A DNA stretch of 64,000 bases from NCBI RefSeq assembly GCF_963921235.1, contig NC_086108.1:33048001-33112000 (forward strand). Direction: 5' to 3'. Below the pieces are notes generated by a model that ran no database searches, was not told the origin of the DNA, and saw only the letters and a program-made list of their open reading frames with translations. The DNA comes from Mobula hypostoma (taxonomy: Eukaryota). Shown here piece by piece: positions 38,201-49,255 of this stretch (the stretch's first letter is position 1; each line of letters begins with the position of its first letter). The translations under genes and the position numbers were made by a program.

Positions 38201-39070
38201 GTACGATACCGACTCAGTTTTGTTAGTCTCGAAGAATGTGTCAATGTTAACTGATATATAACTACAAAATTTCTCATTAGAAAGCAAAAGGGGGTTAAGT
38301 CTCCACAGAGGCCGTTCTCTAACGTTTAAAGGAAAACATAGGTCCAGTTTCACGGGCGAGTGATCGGGTATAACTATAGCAGTGTATTCAATTTGTCTAA
38401 TCATAGGTATCAAGGAATTATCTATAAAGAAACAGTCTAGCCTGGAATAGGGGTGGTGAACATGAGAGAAGAAAGAGAATTGCCTAACTGATGGATTCAA
38501 AAATCTCCAAGGATCCATATAACCATTTTGTTGCATAAACATCGAGAAGGCCTTTGCCATACCAGAAAATGTTCCTCTAGGGCAAGACCTATCAAGCAGT
38601 GGGTCAATAGCACAGTTCAAATCTCTGGAAAAGATTAGTTTATGTGTATTCAGGTTAGGTATTAATGACAAAACCTTATTTGCAAATTGGACATCATCCC
38701 AATTAGGAGCATAAACATTTACCAAAATAACAGGTATCTGAAAGAGAGAGCCAGAGACTATAATAAAGCGACCATTAGGGTCACTGATTACATCAGATGG
38801 TGTGAACTGCATTCTTTTGGTGATTAATATTGCCACCCCCCTGGACCTACTATTAAATCCGGAATGAAAAACCTGACTAATCCATGCTTTACGAAGTCTA
38901 TAATGGTCCTCCACTCTTAAATGTGTCTCTTGTAGAAACAGTATATCTGCTTTTAATTGTTTCAGATGAGAGAAAACTTTAGCTCTTTTAACCGGACCAT
39001 TGAGCCCCTTTACATTCCACGAAATAAACCTCACAGGGTGGCCTCCATCAGCAGCACTCACGTTAACCAT
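35279..39070 (-). CDS. L1 ORF2p: APE endonuclease + reverse transcriptase + C-terminal CCHC
   Basis: Uninterrupted frame, 1263 aa from the ATG at 39070 (the ORF track starts at 39169): SWNVKGLN, LQETHL, PDHSPV, YRPISLLN, LDAEKAFDRV, QGCPLSP, YADD, CDRC...HAFWSC. Confidence 0.93.
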   Translation of the reverse strand: MVNVSAADGGHPVRFISWNVKGLNGPVKRAKVFSHLKQLKADILFLQETHLRVEDHYRLRKAWISQVFHSGFNSRSRGVAILITKRMQFTPSDVISDPNGRFIIVSGSLFQIPVILVNVYAPNWDDVQFANKVLSLIPNLNTHKLIFSRDLNCAIDPLLDRSCPRGTFSGMAKAFSMFMQQNGYMDPWRFLNPSVRQFSFFSHVHHPYSRLDCFFIDNSLIPMIRQIEYTAIVIPDHSPVKLDLCFPLNVRERPLWRLNPLLLSNEKFCSYISVNIDTFFETNKTESVSYSLLWETLKTYLRGQIISYTSHANKESRKEMQVLLKSIWDLDRKYSEAPTAELYKSRVDLQAKFNLLSTNLSEQLILKTRGLYYEYGDKASWLMAHQLKCQAASRLIPQVRDMHQNLTNNPKEINNIFATVYSSLYASEFPSDKTNMERFLDNLEIPTLEPEEVENLDWALGQEEINNAIMAMQSGKSRGPDRYPIEFYNKFKDKLTPVLLEVFQESLENGSLPPSLSQAAISLLLKKDKDPTQCGSYRPISLLNVDVKILACRLEHPLPKIISDDQTGFIKNRYSFFNIRRLADVVYSPSDSPSPEVVIALDAEKAFDRVEWVYLFSVLEKFGFGRIFIAWFKLLYHLPLACIQTNYFRSGYFPLTRGTPQGCPLSPLLFAIAIEPLSIAIKSTTLFQGVRRGDMEHPVSLYADDLLLYVSDPIGSSPAIVSLLGQFGAFSGYKLNFQKSKCFPINNLALQIRQESLPFPLSQDGFVYLGIHITRSFTFLFEANYRPQVSQMKADFERWRSLPLTIAGRIQSVKMTILPRFLYLFQCLPVFLSKLFFKSVDQAITSFTWENKVPRVNKHTLQRGRDIGGMGLPSFIHYYRASNIQKVLFWLHRPDIIWCLLESRSCHSSSLPALVYSSLPLKSSQFTSNPVVLSTLKIFNQFRCHYKFISASVLGPIHKNHLFPPSTFDSAFRQWGLNGLMRIKDLYTDNTFDSFDNLRGKYGLLHNHFFKYLQNRHFVKEKFPSFPVLPPAMLWEKFTLSFNNKGLISELYSQLMSLGVQDLNKTKSRWEDDLSMDLAEEYWAKVLNRVHFSSSCARLGLIQFKVLHRVHLSKARLVDIYPGTDAGCDRCSFSPAGLMHAFWSCPRLDDYRALVFKIISEVLGVTLKPCPLIAVFGVADDDLGLNASQSDIIAFTSLLARRRILLVWKSATPPTAAAWLEDVMFFLKLEKIKFTLTGSVKKFYSKWGPFLTYFGSLKELPTS

Positions 39071-39657
39071 ATCAAAAGACACACAGGGCCTACAATCCAA
39101 AACAGTGCGAGGGTATAAGTTGCACACAATAACGCACAATGAAAAGAAAGTCTGATCAATCCGTAACACACAAAAGAATAAACTGCCATGGCAATCCCCC
39201 AGAACAGTCCCCCCACCCCTTTACACAAAAAAACCTAGATCTACCTCCCCAATTGAGGATGATCGCAGGCAGTACCCAACAAAAAACTACCAAGGTGTTC
39301 CCCATACAACCCAACTTTCAATCTAATCCAGGGTGGCTCCCCTCCTTAAAATTTATCCTATCACTTATACTACCTTTAATATAACATATAGGCCAAAGAT
39401 GACACAGGTTAAGCTGAGCATTAAAAACAAAAAAAAACCACACTGGGCAACTTAAACACCCGAGATATAAATCCCAAATATTTACATTTTGCTGGTTGAA
39501 AGTTTTTGTTAATCAGTTTCGGCAGCATAGCAGTTCGACCCGATCGCGTTCCACAAATTAAACTGGACAAAATGAACAAAGAAGTGGATTGTGAAAATTA
39601 ACAGTTTGCTTCGGCATGAGACCCTTTCCATGCTGCATGAATAAGCTTAAAAAAAAG

Positions 39658-40558
39658 TCATTGCTCTTCTCGTTCTTCTTCTCCCCAGCGCGAATGGTGA
39701 AACTCTTTGGCCGCCTCTGGTGTATGGAAATAATGCTTTTTACCGTCATGCATGACCCAGAGCTGGGCAGGATACAAGAGGCCAAACCTGACCCCTTTCC
39801 CGTAAAGCAGGGATTTCACCTCCTTGAAAGCTGCTCGTTTTTTACCCAGCTCCGCACTAAAATCTTCATAAAAAAACACGCGGTGTCCGCGGAAATACAG
39901 CTCCTGCTTCCGTCTGTTGATGATGCATTGCTTATCTTGAAAGGAGTGAAAGCAAACCAGGAACATTCTTGGTCTCGTTTGCTTGGATCCAGAGACACCG
40001 GATGGTTTACATCCGACTCGGTGAGCACGCGAAAGTACGAGAGGACTTGGGAAAAAATCTGTCCCCAGCACTTCGTCAAAAAACTCGGTCATAAATTTAA
40101 CAGGGTCCGAACCTTCCAAATTTTCAGGAATGCCGACCATTCTCAAATTGCATCTCCGCGACCGATTTTCGAGGTCATCTAGCTTTCCCTTCAGAAATGC
40201 GTTTTCGCTCTGCAGTGGCGGCTTCGACGCTCACCAGTCGGTCACTGTAATCATTCAGGCCATCTTCAACCCCACGAATGCGTTTGTCATGTGACTCGTA
40301 AGCAGACATAATTTGTTTCATGGTAGCATTCACTGGTGATAAAGCATCTTCAAGTTCTCTTTTTAGGGCAGAATGCACCGCTTGCGTCATGTCAGTAATA
40401 AGTACTAAACGAAGCCTCACCAAGTCATTGGGTAGCGCAGGTCCGGGTCCAGCTCCAGCAGCGTGTAACGGCGCCATTACTGTAACATCCGCCCTCTTGC
40501 TCGCGGCTTCGCTATCTTTTTCCCCAGTTTTACTTCGAAGGTGCATTCTACTTGCCAT
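39658..40558 (-). pseudogene. L1 ORF1p (coiled coil + RRM + CTD), frameshifted near 40190
   Basis: Two ORF halves, 40175-40558 and 39658-40146, with RMVGIPE, RAHRV, RPR, FYEDFS, LLYPAQL motifs. Confidence 0.9.
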
Positions 40559-42098
40559 TTCAATGTCCAGCTATGTCCCGCGTTGTTCACAATGGTAAAT
40601 ATTCAGTTATCTCGAGCATACGGCAAAGATAAACAGGTAGATTTTCAATAAAAATTGGGAGCCACACTCACACGCACCAACTCACTCCATACTCGACCCC
40701 GGAAGTCTCAAGAGCGAACTTTGACCTTGAAATAAATTGCAGAATACGCTGTGCGAGTGGAGCTTTTGCCAGGCTGAGAAAGAGGGTTTTTGAAGATTGG
40801 GATATCAAGACCAACACTGAGCTTCTGGTCTATAAAGCTTTAGTCCTTCCCTCTTTGCTATATGGAGCAGAGTTATGGACAACCTACAGCAGGCACATAA
40901 AATCCCTAGAAACTTACTATCAAAGATGCCTTCGAGAGATTCTGAGAGTTAACTGGAAGAACAAGCGTACTAACTCCAGCATCCTGGAGGAAGCCAACAT
41001 TAACTCTGTAGCCACAATCGTGACTCAACACCAATTGCGATGGGTTGGCCACATCATCCGTATGCCGGACATCCACCCCCCTATCAACTTTTGCTCAGTC
41101 AACTCAAGGATGAAAAATGCTCTCCTGGAAGGCAGAAAAAGCGGTTCAAAGACAATATCAAGACCCACCTGAGGAAGAGCCACATCAGCCTGAATGGATG
41201 CGAGAAACTAGCGCAGGATGGGGAAAGCTGGAGAAGAACTGTCTATGAGGAGACTGCACAGCTCGAAGAACACCTCCACCCTCCCACTTGGACTAAGCGG
41301 CTTCAACGTAAGGAGAGGCTGGAAAGGCCCAACCAGCTACATCCACCACCACCTCAATGACCTACACCTGCCAACACTGCAACAGACTTGTGGATCACGG
41401 ATCGGCCTCTTCAGTCATCTCAAGACCTACAAGTGAACAGATCAACCACCAGGAGAAGAATCATACTCGACGACCAGTGATCGCTGACAATGATGAAGAT
41501 GTACGTACAGGTTTCTGTCAGTGTGCGTGCATATCCAGTCATGTAAGCATATTTTTATGACTGTCTTCATAAATTATCCCTTAAATTATACCTTCTAAAA
41601 TCTACTATTTCACATATCAAAACAATTGCAAAACGTAAGTGGATGTCATAAGCACAAGTGACGGGAAATAACTACACATCTCACCAACCTCACCAATCTT
41701 AGTAAACAAAATGAGCTTTTTTAACGACGTTGTACTCAGCAGAGACATCACAGATTCAGTGTCATTTCACACCCCTGTGGAGTCTCACGATTTCAGGATG
41801 TTGCTTGGCTTACATCCGTTTACAAGATCTATCAGAAAATACATTTATAGCAATGTTTTTTCAGTAAATTTGTCTAAGCTCTTTCATTTTGTTTTGATTG
41901 CAAACTTAAATCAAATCCACAGAGTAGACACAGCGAAACGAAGGGATCTGGCTGACCAGTTCTTCCTTAACAAACATTTTAAAGGAATGAGCAGGAAAAG
42001 GCCACTGGTACAGTGTATTCAGACTGCCTCAGATATTTGAAAACATCAGGGCAAAACACTTCATTGCCCAACCCCCTTCTACTGCAGAAAGACATATA

Positions 42099-42556
42099 CA
42101 GTACCTTGTGAAAGTCTTATACACAAATATATGGCCGGGGTGTCTAAGGCTTTTGCACAGTACGGTATTTGTCATCGTGGAATAGAAAGCGAGTTTGTAA
42201 ATCTCAGGGAAGCAAAGGATGCTGGGAAGTGGCACAGGTGCAGACATACACAGCCCTGAGACACCAGGCAAGGTCATTTGATTTCAAGCAATTGGTTTAT
42301 TGATCCTTAGAGAACGTCTCTCTGGTGCTTCCCATTCCTTCCCCTTCTCCCAACCATGATTCCCCTCTCCTTGCCCCCTTCCCACTCTCAGTCCACAACA
42401 GAGACCCACATCAGAATCATCACTCACATACGTCATGAAATTTGAATTTTTTTTTACAGCAGTACAGTGCAAAACATAAAGTTACTACAGTACTGTGCAA
42501 AGATCTTTGGCTCCCTAGTTATATATATATGTGCTTAAGACTTTTGCACAGTACTG
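42099..42556. mobile_element. Tc1-type composite MITE: two ~70-bp palindromic TIR cassettes flanking captured sequence
   Basis: Cassettes 42099-42165 and 42488-42556 are each CAGTACTGTGCAAAAGTC...GACTTTTGCACAGTACTG-like and TA-flanked; same TIR as 11354-11764. Confidence 0.8.
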
Positions 42557-42907
42557 TAGTTTTCTGGGAGAGGAAAAAACAGACAAAAACAATCAAACCC
42601 AGTAGCATCTACAGCAATAACTTCTACTCTTGGTCTTCATATAGCAAATGTTTCAAGGCAGCATCACCATCAAATATGAAGTTGATACTAAGATCCATAT
42701 TCAGCTATTGAGGCATTTAGTCTGAGTTATTGTAGGACAGAATAGTTTATTGCCACATGCACCCAAGTGCAATGAAAGTCCTCGCTTGCACAAAGTTTAC
42801 AGAATAAAAAGTACGTGTGGTAAAAAATACAACAATAAATACAGCGTCAAGTGTGAAACAACAGAATGGTGTGAAGACTGTAGTCATCACAACATGGCAG
42901 AGTTGAA

Positions 42908-43072
42908 AACACGAGAAATTCTGCCGATGCTGGAAATCCAAAGCAACACACACAGAATGCTGGAGGAACTCATCAGATCAGACAGCATCTATGGAAGTTA
43001 ATAAACAGTTTTAGGGTGAGACCCTTCTTCAGGGCTGGAAAGGAAAGGGGGAAGATGCCAGAATAAAAAGGC
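42908..43072 (-). mobile_element. Penelope-like terminal fragment
   Basis: Homologous to 461-708. Confidence 0.6.
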
Positions 43073-44195
43073 AGAATCGAGATACAGTTTGAGGGTGAAT
43101 ACCTAGGTCTGGAACAGGATCTCTAATACGGACAATTACATAGGAGCAACTGGTGGCCTCAGGAACTGATCAGTGGATGAGTAGTGGCAGATGTTTAAAC
43201 AGCTGGTCCATAATGCTCAATAGATAGAGGAGAAGTGATTAAAGATAATATATCAAAGGAGGAAAGAGAGGAGGCAAAGGGCTTTTGGTAGAGAATTCCT
43301 GAGCATGGAGTCTTGACAGTTTAAGGCATGGCCAACAATGGTGGTGGGATTAAAACTGGAGATGTGTAAAAAGCCAGAGTTGAAGAAGTGCATGGGTCTT
43401 AGCGAGAGAGAACTTTACAGAGACCCTAGCACAGGGATGGCCAACCTATGGTGCATGCGTCAAAAGTGGCGCATTGGATGACTAGAAGTGGCACATTGTA
43501 CCCCAGTGATAATAATGAAAAAGTAAGCCTACTCATGCAAAAAGTATTAACCAAAATCCAATTTGTAGAAAAAAAATCTGTAACAGGAATTCAAGTAGCT
43601 TAGAGCTAGAAATGGGTTTTACTGAGAATAAATCTAAAACTTAGCAATTATCTTTAGCGATTTTATTATTTCGTGCGCATCTTTTGGTGAATGTTATCTT
43701 CTTTCACATTAATCTCTTTTCAATTTTAAAAAATGTTCAATGAGTCAAACTAGGAAAGAAGGACTTTTGTTCTGCAGTCGTTCCATAACTGTTCAATACA
43801 AGTTTGATACCTGTTTGATCCTGAGGCGCCAGGCATCTGCACCAGCGGAGCGTCGCAGGTTTTTGCTGGTCAGTTTACAAATGACGCTCGTGTGCTACAG
43901 AGCTAGCCTTTGTTCGTCCTTTGTGAACATTTGCAGTTATGTACTTTTTTGAAAATTAAGTCTTGTTTTTACATTCAGTTACCCATCACAGTGCAAAAGA
44001 AAAGCAGAAAGTGATAGTAAGCGTGAATTCAATGAACAGTGGGAAAATGAGATCTTATTTATAGCGGGTCCGTTAGGAAAACTGTTGTGCATTGTTCGTG
44101 AAAACACTTCCTCACATAATAGAAGACATGATCTTAATAGACACTATAAAACACAACATCAGACTGAAATAGAAGGAAAACTGAAGCTAGTGCTC

Positions 44196-45955
44196 TGTCA
44201 TGGTCCGGTACGTGAAGTCCGCATTCCGGTTCACGGTCCGGTCCGTGGACTCAGAACTCCGGGTCTTTCAGCTGTCCCTTGATTGGGTTAATCATAGGCA
44301 CCTGATTCCCATCTTGGGGCTTGGAATATAAGTAACTTTGGTGTTGAGTGTGGGCTGCTGGTTTGTCTTGTCAGTCCCCCTTAGAGCATCCTGCTGATGG
44401 AAGGCTAGTGAAACCATTTGTGATCTCTAGGCCTGGCTGGAGGACCACTGCTTCATGGAGCCTTGTTGCCATTCATTGGAGTAGTCTTTGCAGTATGGAT
44501 TTGGCTGTTTCCCAGGGCAGCTGAATGGCTGCCAGCCATTCTGAGCTAGGTACGGATCCAGCTGTTTCTGTAGCCAGCTGAGGTTGCTGGCCGAACTGAG
44601 ACTTGGAGCTACCCCAGAGCTGAGATGGAACTGTCTGTTGTTCTTTGGTATTTGTCTCTTCTTGTTCTCGCCTCTGTGGGGTAAGCCAGGCTGTTTTGCC
44701 GTTGCCCTGCAGGGGGATCTGCCTTGTCTAGTCCTTACCTCTGTTAGGTAAATCCAGCTGTTCTGCCGTTACCTGATGGAGAGACCTGTCCCACCTTGGT
44801 GTGGAGATGAAGCTGAGTCCTGGCTTGTCTTAGGATAAGTCCTGGCTCTATGTTTATGTTCTGTCCTGTCTCATGTTAGTGTCATATTAAAGATGAGTCC
44901 CGGCTTGTCGAAGGATAAGTCCCGGCTCTATGTTGATGTTCGATTCCCAATCTGTCTCTGAGCTCCAAGAACCCAAGCCTCGAGGATCCCGCAGCCAAGC
45001 TCCAAGAACCCAGGCCTCGAGGATCCCGCAGCCAAGCTCCAAGAACCCAAGCCTCGAGGATCCCGCAGCCAAGCTCCAAGAACCCAAGCCTCGAGGATCC
45101 CCAGCCAAACTCCAAGAACCCAAGCCTCGAGGATCCCGCAGCCAAGCTCCAAGAACCCAAGCCTCGAGGATCCGCAGCCAAACTCCAAGAACCCAAGCCT
45201 CGAGGATCCCGCAGCCAAGCTCCAAGAACCCAAGCCTCGAGGATCCCGCAGCCAAGCTCCAAGAACCCAAGCCTCGAGGATCCCGCAGCCAAGCTCCAAG
45301 AACCCAAGCCTCAAGGATCCGCAGCCAAGCTCCAAGAACCCAAGCCTCGAGGATCCCGCAGCCAAGCTCCAAGAACCCAAGCCTCGAGGATCCGCAGCCA
45401 AGCTCCAAGAACCCAAGCCTCGAGGATCCCGCAGCCAAGCTCCAAGAACCCAAGCCTCGAGGATCCGCAGCCAAGCTCCAAGAACCCAAGCCTCGAGGAT
45501 CCCGCAGCCAAGCTCCAAGAACCCAAGCCTCGAGGATCCGCAGCCAAGCTCCAAGAACCCAAGCCTCGAGGATCCCGCAGCCAAGCTCCAAGAACCCAAG
45601 CCTCGAGGATCCGCAGCCAAGCTCCAAGAACCCAAGCCTCGAGGATCCCGCAGCCAAGCTCAAGACCCAAGACCCCAGCCTGCAGCCATGTCATGTCCTT
45701 GCCTTGTTCTGGGGTCCGAGCCCAAGGCAAGACCCAGGTTTTGGGTCCTTGTCCAGTCTCGGGCTTGGAGTGCTAGCCTTGCCTCCTAGTCCATGGTTTC
45801 TAGTCCTGGTCCCGCTTTCCCTAGCCCAAGTCAGCGTTCTTGTCCCTGCTCCTTGCCTGTATCCTGTCACGTCCCTGCTGTAGTCAAGTCCTGTTCCTTG
45901 TACTTCAGCGTCTGTGTCTCGCATTTGGGTCCGCTACCAGCACCCCATTGTGACA
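44196..45955 (+). mobile_element. Solo LTR, family B (Gypsy-like), carrying a minisatellite
   Basis: TGTCA...TGACA termini; 5-bp TSD TGCTC / TGCTT; interrupts the hAT reading frame; 3' motif GCATTTGGGTCC similar to 56735-56769. Confidence 0.85.
44961..45661. repeat. Minisatellite, 19 units of 36/37 bp (GCAGCCAAGCTCCAAGAACCCAAGCCTCGAGGATCC[C])
   Basis: 19 GGATCC sites counted at 36-37 bp spacing; units near-identical with no spacers. Confidence 0.97.
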
Positions 45956-46608
45956 TGCTTGGGTTTGAGTTACGGAAAGAATATATGATTAAGAAAAAGG
46001 AAGAAATCAAAAGAAGACAATATATTTGATAAAAAGAAGTTGAGAAAGTTTGGCAATGACAGAAGCATCCTATGAAATTGCTTTAGCGTTGGCCAGAAAA
46101 TGGAAGTCTTTCTCTGATGGAAAAGAAATCGTTAAGCCTCGTCTCCAAATATTTGCAGGATGTCTTGGTGATAACATTATCGAAAGGAAAGTAGATGAAA
46201 TTGCTCTGTCAAAGCAAACAGTTATGAGACGTACCGAAGAACTCTGTCATGATGTATCTGAGCAACTGAAAGGCCTTGTCCATGCTTGTAAATTCTTTTC
46301 TTTAGCTTTGGACGAATCCGCTAACATATGTGACGTAGCCCAGTTAAGCATTTTTATAAGAGGAATTGATGATAATTTTAGCGTCTTTGAAGAACTTAGT
46401 GATCTTGAGTCGCTTCATGGAAAAACAAGAGGATCAGACAATATTTGACAAAGTAAGATCATGCCTAGAAAATCTACAACTAGATTCTAGTAAACTCATC
46501 GGTGTTTGTACTGACGGAGCACCATCAATGATAGGTAAAACTGCTGGGGCTACAACTTTGCTTGAGGACTTTTTAGGTCATCCTCTACTAAAATATCACT
46601 ACATTATG

Positions 46609-46843
46609 GTGGCGCAGTGAGATCAGCGCTGGACTCCGGAGTGAAGGTTCCCGAGTTCGAATTCAGGTCAGGCCACCCCCGAGCTTGCTTTCCATCCGTG
46701 CCGGCTTGAGTGTCAAGCTAGCCACTTGGCCTTGTAAAAAATACAAGGGTCGAGTCAGGAACATTCATAACATGACCCGGTTAATCCTGAAACCACGTGC
46801 CAGACAAGAATGGCTGAATGTCTGGTATGACATGCCAGAAAAA
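46609..46843 (+). mobile_element. tRNA-derived SINE inserted in the hAT transposase H.IMHQE motif
   Basis: A box TGGCGCAGTGA, B box GAGTTCGAATTC; first ~135 nt similar to the SINE at 2959-3176; flanks rejoin as CAC TAC ATT ATG CAC CAA GAA. Confidence 0.85.
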
Positions 46844-48759
46844 ATGCACCAAGAATCACTGTGTGAAAAAAAATTTAAATTTGCAGCATGTTATGTTACT
46901 GGTTGTGAAATGCGTGAATAAAATTAGAGCAAGAGGATTAAACGGATGAGAATTCAGAGATTATTGTGAAATGTTAGATTTGGAATATGGCGATCTCGTC
47001 TTTCATTGTGAGGTGAGCTGGCTTTCTAGGGGACAGGTTCTGAGTAGATTTTGGAAGCTGAAAAATATTGTTCATAAATTTCTAGAAGAGAAAAATGAGC
47101 TGCCTGAGGAAAGAGCTCTTATGTGATAACAACTGGCTATTTGATTTAGCATTTTTAGTTGATGTTACCAGCCATCTCAATAATCTAAATTTGAAATTCC
47201 AGGGCAAGAACAAATTGTTTCCTAGCTTAGTAAATGATATCAATGCATTCAAGATGAAGTTAAAACTGTTCACCTCTCAGTTAGAAAATGAGGATTTGAG
47301 CCAGTTTCTGCACTTAAAAGAGCAGAGTGAATGTGTTGAAGATAATGGTAATTTTACAAAATTTATTGAACAAGTCAGGTTATTGCAAGAGTCATTTGAA
47401 AGTCATTTTCATGATTTTGCTAAAGAAGAAGACTGCATATGCATTTATAAACTCATTTTCACTTAGTGAACAAAAAATCATGACGATGCCTAGTAACATA
47501 CAAATGGAACTTATTGACTTGAAAACAAATTCATTATTGAACATGGAATTTGATGAGCTTCCCTCAGTCCCAAATACTTCTGACATGATTAATTTCTGGC
47601 GATCATTACCCTGTGAACATTTTCCAGAACTAAGAAAATTTGCCCAGAGTTATATCCGTCATTTCAGAACAACATACAGATGTGAACAAGCATCTTCAGC
47701 TGTGAAATTGATTAAAAACAAAATGAGGTCGCGATTGACTGATTCAAATTTGAAGAATTCTCTGCTGCTCTCAGTAACTAATTTAACTCCAAACATTAAA
47801 AGCTTGGCAAAATCAAAACAGACTCAATAGTCTCATTAAGATAAGTAATGTTTATCTTGTTTTTATATTAAATCAATATACCATGTAAAAATGCTAAATA
47901 TGTCTATATTAACATATTTTTACAAGAGTTTAATGGGAGTACAAGAGTTGTATGCTGCATCTGAACTCATGCATGAAAAAATTGACGCATGGAATGTAAA
48001 AGGTTGGCCACCCCTGCCCTGGCAAGTGAAGATCTTTAAAAACATAGAAGAGAGTTTTTATAATCAGTATGTGGCTTAACTAGGGATTGGTGTGGGATGA
48101 CGTGTGCAGGTTAGGGCATGGGCAGCAGAGGGTTATGGATAGTCTCAAGTTTCCAACACATAGGACTATGGAGGCCCAATCATGAATAGCCATGCTTGGT
48201 GCCTCGATGGGGGCTTCTCCAGTAGATGATCTGAGGATGAGTTGCAATTGGGCAGTAGGACTGAGGTGGAACTGGCAGCATTAACTGTGGCATGAATATG
48301 GAATCCATTTTGGGATTGGATATGGTATTAAGGTTATGAATGTTTTGGTTTAGGTTTAACTAGCTACTGGGAATATCGATGGCGCTGATGAAGGGAATCT
48401 GCGACAGGCCAGCGGATAGTGACTCTTACCTATTTGAAGGAAATTTCAGCTCTCCCACTTAGAACAATCTGGCAATTCAATGGTAACAGAATGCTGGAGA
48501 ATGGTGATGGTAAACTCACCCTGAATATTACTGCCATACATACCAAGAATGGTATTGATTTTTAGTGCTGTTACTGGGATGAGAAATAGGGAGATCTAAA
48601 GAACAGAAACTTGGTAAACACTAAGAGAGGCTATGAGTAGTGACCCTCTGAAAGTGACTGGATAGATGGAATTGTAACCAGGAGAGTGCAGCTGGAGGAC
48701 AAGGGAAAGAATCTGAAAGGATACAGATCATTTGGGAAGAGCAAGGAGGGAAATCCAAG

Positions 48760-48912
48760 CGATTCTGCAGATGCTGGAAATCCAGAGCAACACAAAATGC
48801 TGGAGGAACTCACCAGGTCAGAAGGCATCTATGGAGGTGAGTAAGTAGTCGATGTTTCAGGCTGAGACCCTTCATCATCACTGGAAAAGCAGGGGGAAGA
48901 AGCCAGAATTAA
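48760..48912 (-). mobile_element. Penelope-like terminal fragment
   Basis: Homologous to 461-708; best-preserved hammerhead-like core at 48846-48880. Confidence 0.6.
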
Positions 48913-49255
48913 CAATTCCCTTTGAACAGTTACCTGTGTCAACATCGCACAGAAAGTATTGCTTCAAAACTGTGGCTTGTTTGGAGACCAGATTGGGGGA
49001 AACAAGAGTTTCCAGGTGAGACCCGTGTGAATTTGGGAGGCACCAAGATGTTTGAGGAAGAGTGATTAAGAATGGGATAATAATGAGCAAGGTTGAAGGG
49101 TCAGCAGTTGTTTCTGCTTTGAGGAAGCTGCATATCAGTGCATTTGAAGGAAGACTTCAATCATTGAAAAGTGAGATATAATGTTATCAGGTAACATGAG
49201 GGTGTAGGTTGTAATGTTGAGTGGTCAGTGGGAATAGGGTTGAGGGAGCAATAAA

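Larger units (their letters stand above)
34927..40707 (-). mobile_element. Full-length L1-clade LINE (~5.8 kb)
   Basis: 5' GACTTCCGG start, ORF1 and ORF2, AATAAA plus A-rich tail; 15-bp TSD TCAAGAGCCAACTTT (34912-34926) / TCAAGAGCGAACTTT (40708-40722). Confidence 0.96.
31817..41500 (+). mobile_element. Full-length decayed RTE-clade LINE (BovB-like), split by an L1 at 34927-40707
   Basis: RTE 5' UTR; APE start WNI.TLMD..PERRTA..RELRR; LLGDFNARVG; NYRGISLL; GVKQGC; LYGAELWT; QLRWVGHIIRMPD; GRQKKRFKDNIK; C-terminal C..C...SRIGLFSH; (GAT/GAA) tail; possible TSD GTATATAC / GTACGTAC. Confidence 0.92.
43432..48016 (+). mobile_element. hAT (Charlie/SPIN/GTF2IRD2-like) DNA transposon, decayed, with nested solo LTR and SINE
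   Basis: 16-bp TIRs CAGGGATGGCCAACCT / AGGTTGGCCACCCCTG; 8-bp TSD CCCTAGCA / CCCTGGCA; motifs FSLALDES, CTDGAPSMIG, H.IMHQE, WLSRG, LAFLVDVTSHLN.LN, TYRCEQ. Confidence 0.93.

Noticed and set aside
44882..45883. Long ORFs (up to 317 aa) and a CRISPR-like periodicity
   Set aside because: Head-to-tail minisatellite with no unique spacers and no cas genes; the ORFs arise because the unit lacks stop codons in all frames.
46050..47830. Host GTF2IRD2/ZBED-like gene (also 21400-23030)
   Set aside because: TIR-bounded hAT transposons with stops, frameshifts and nested inserts.
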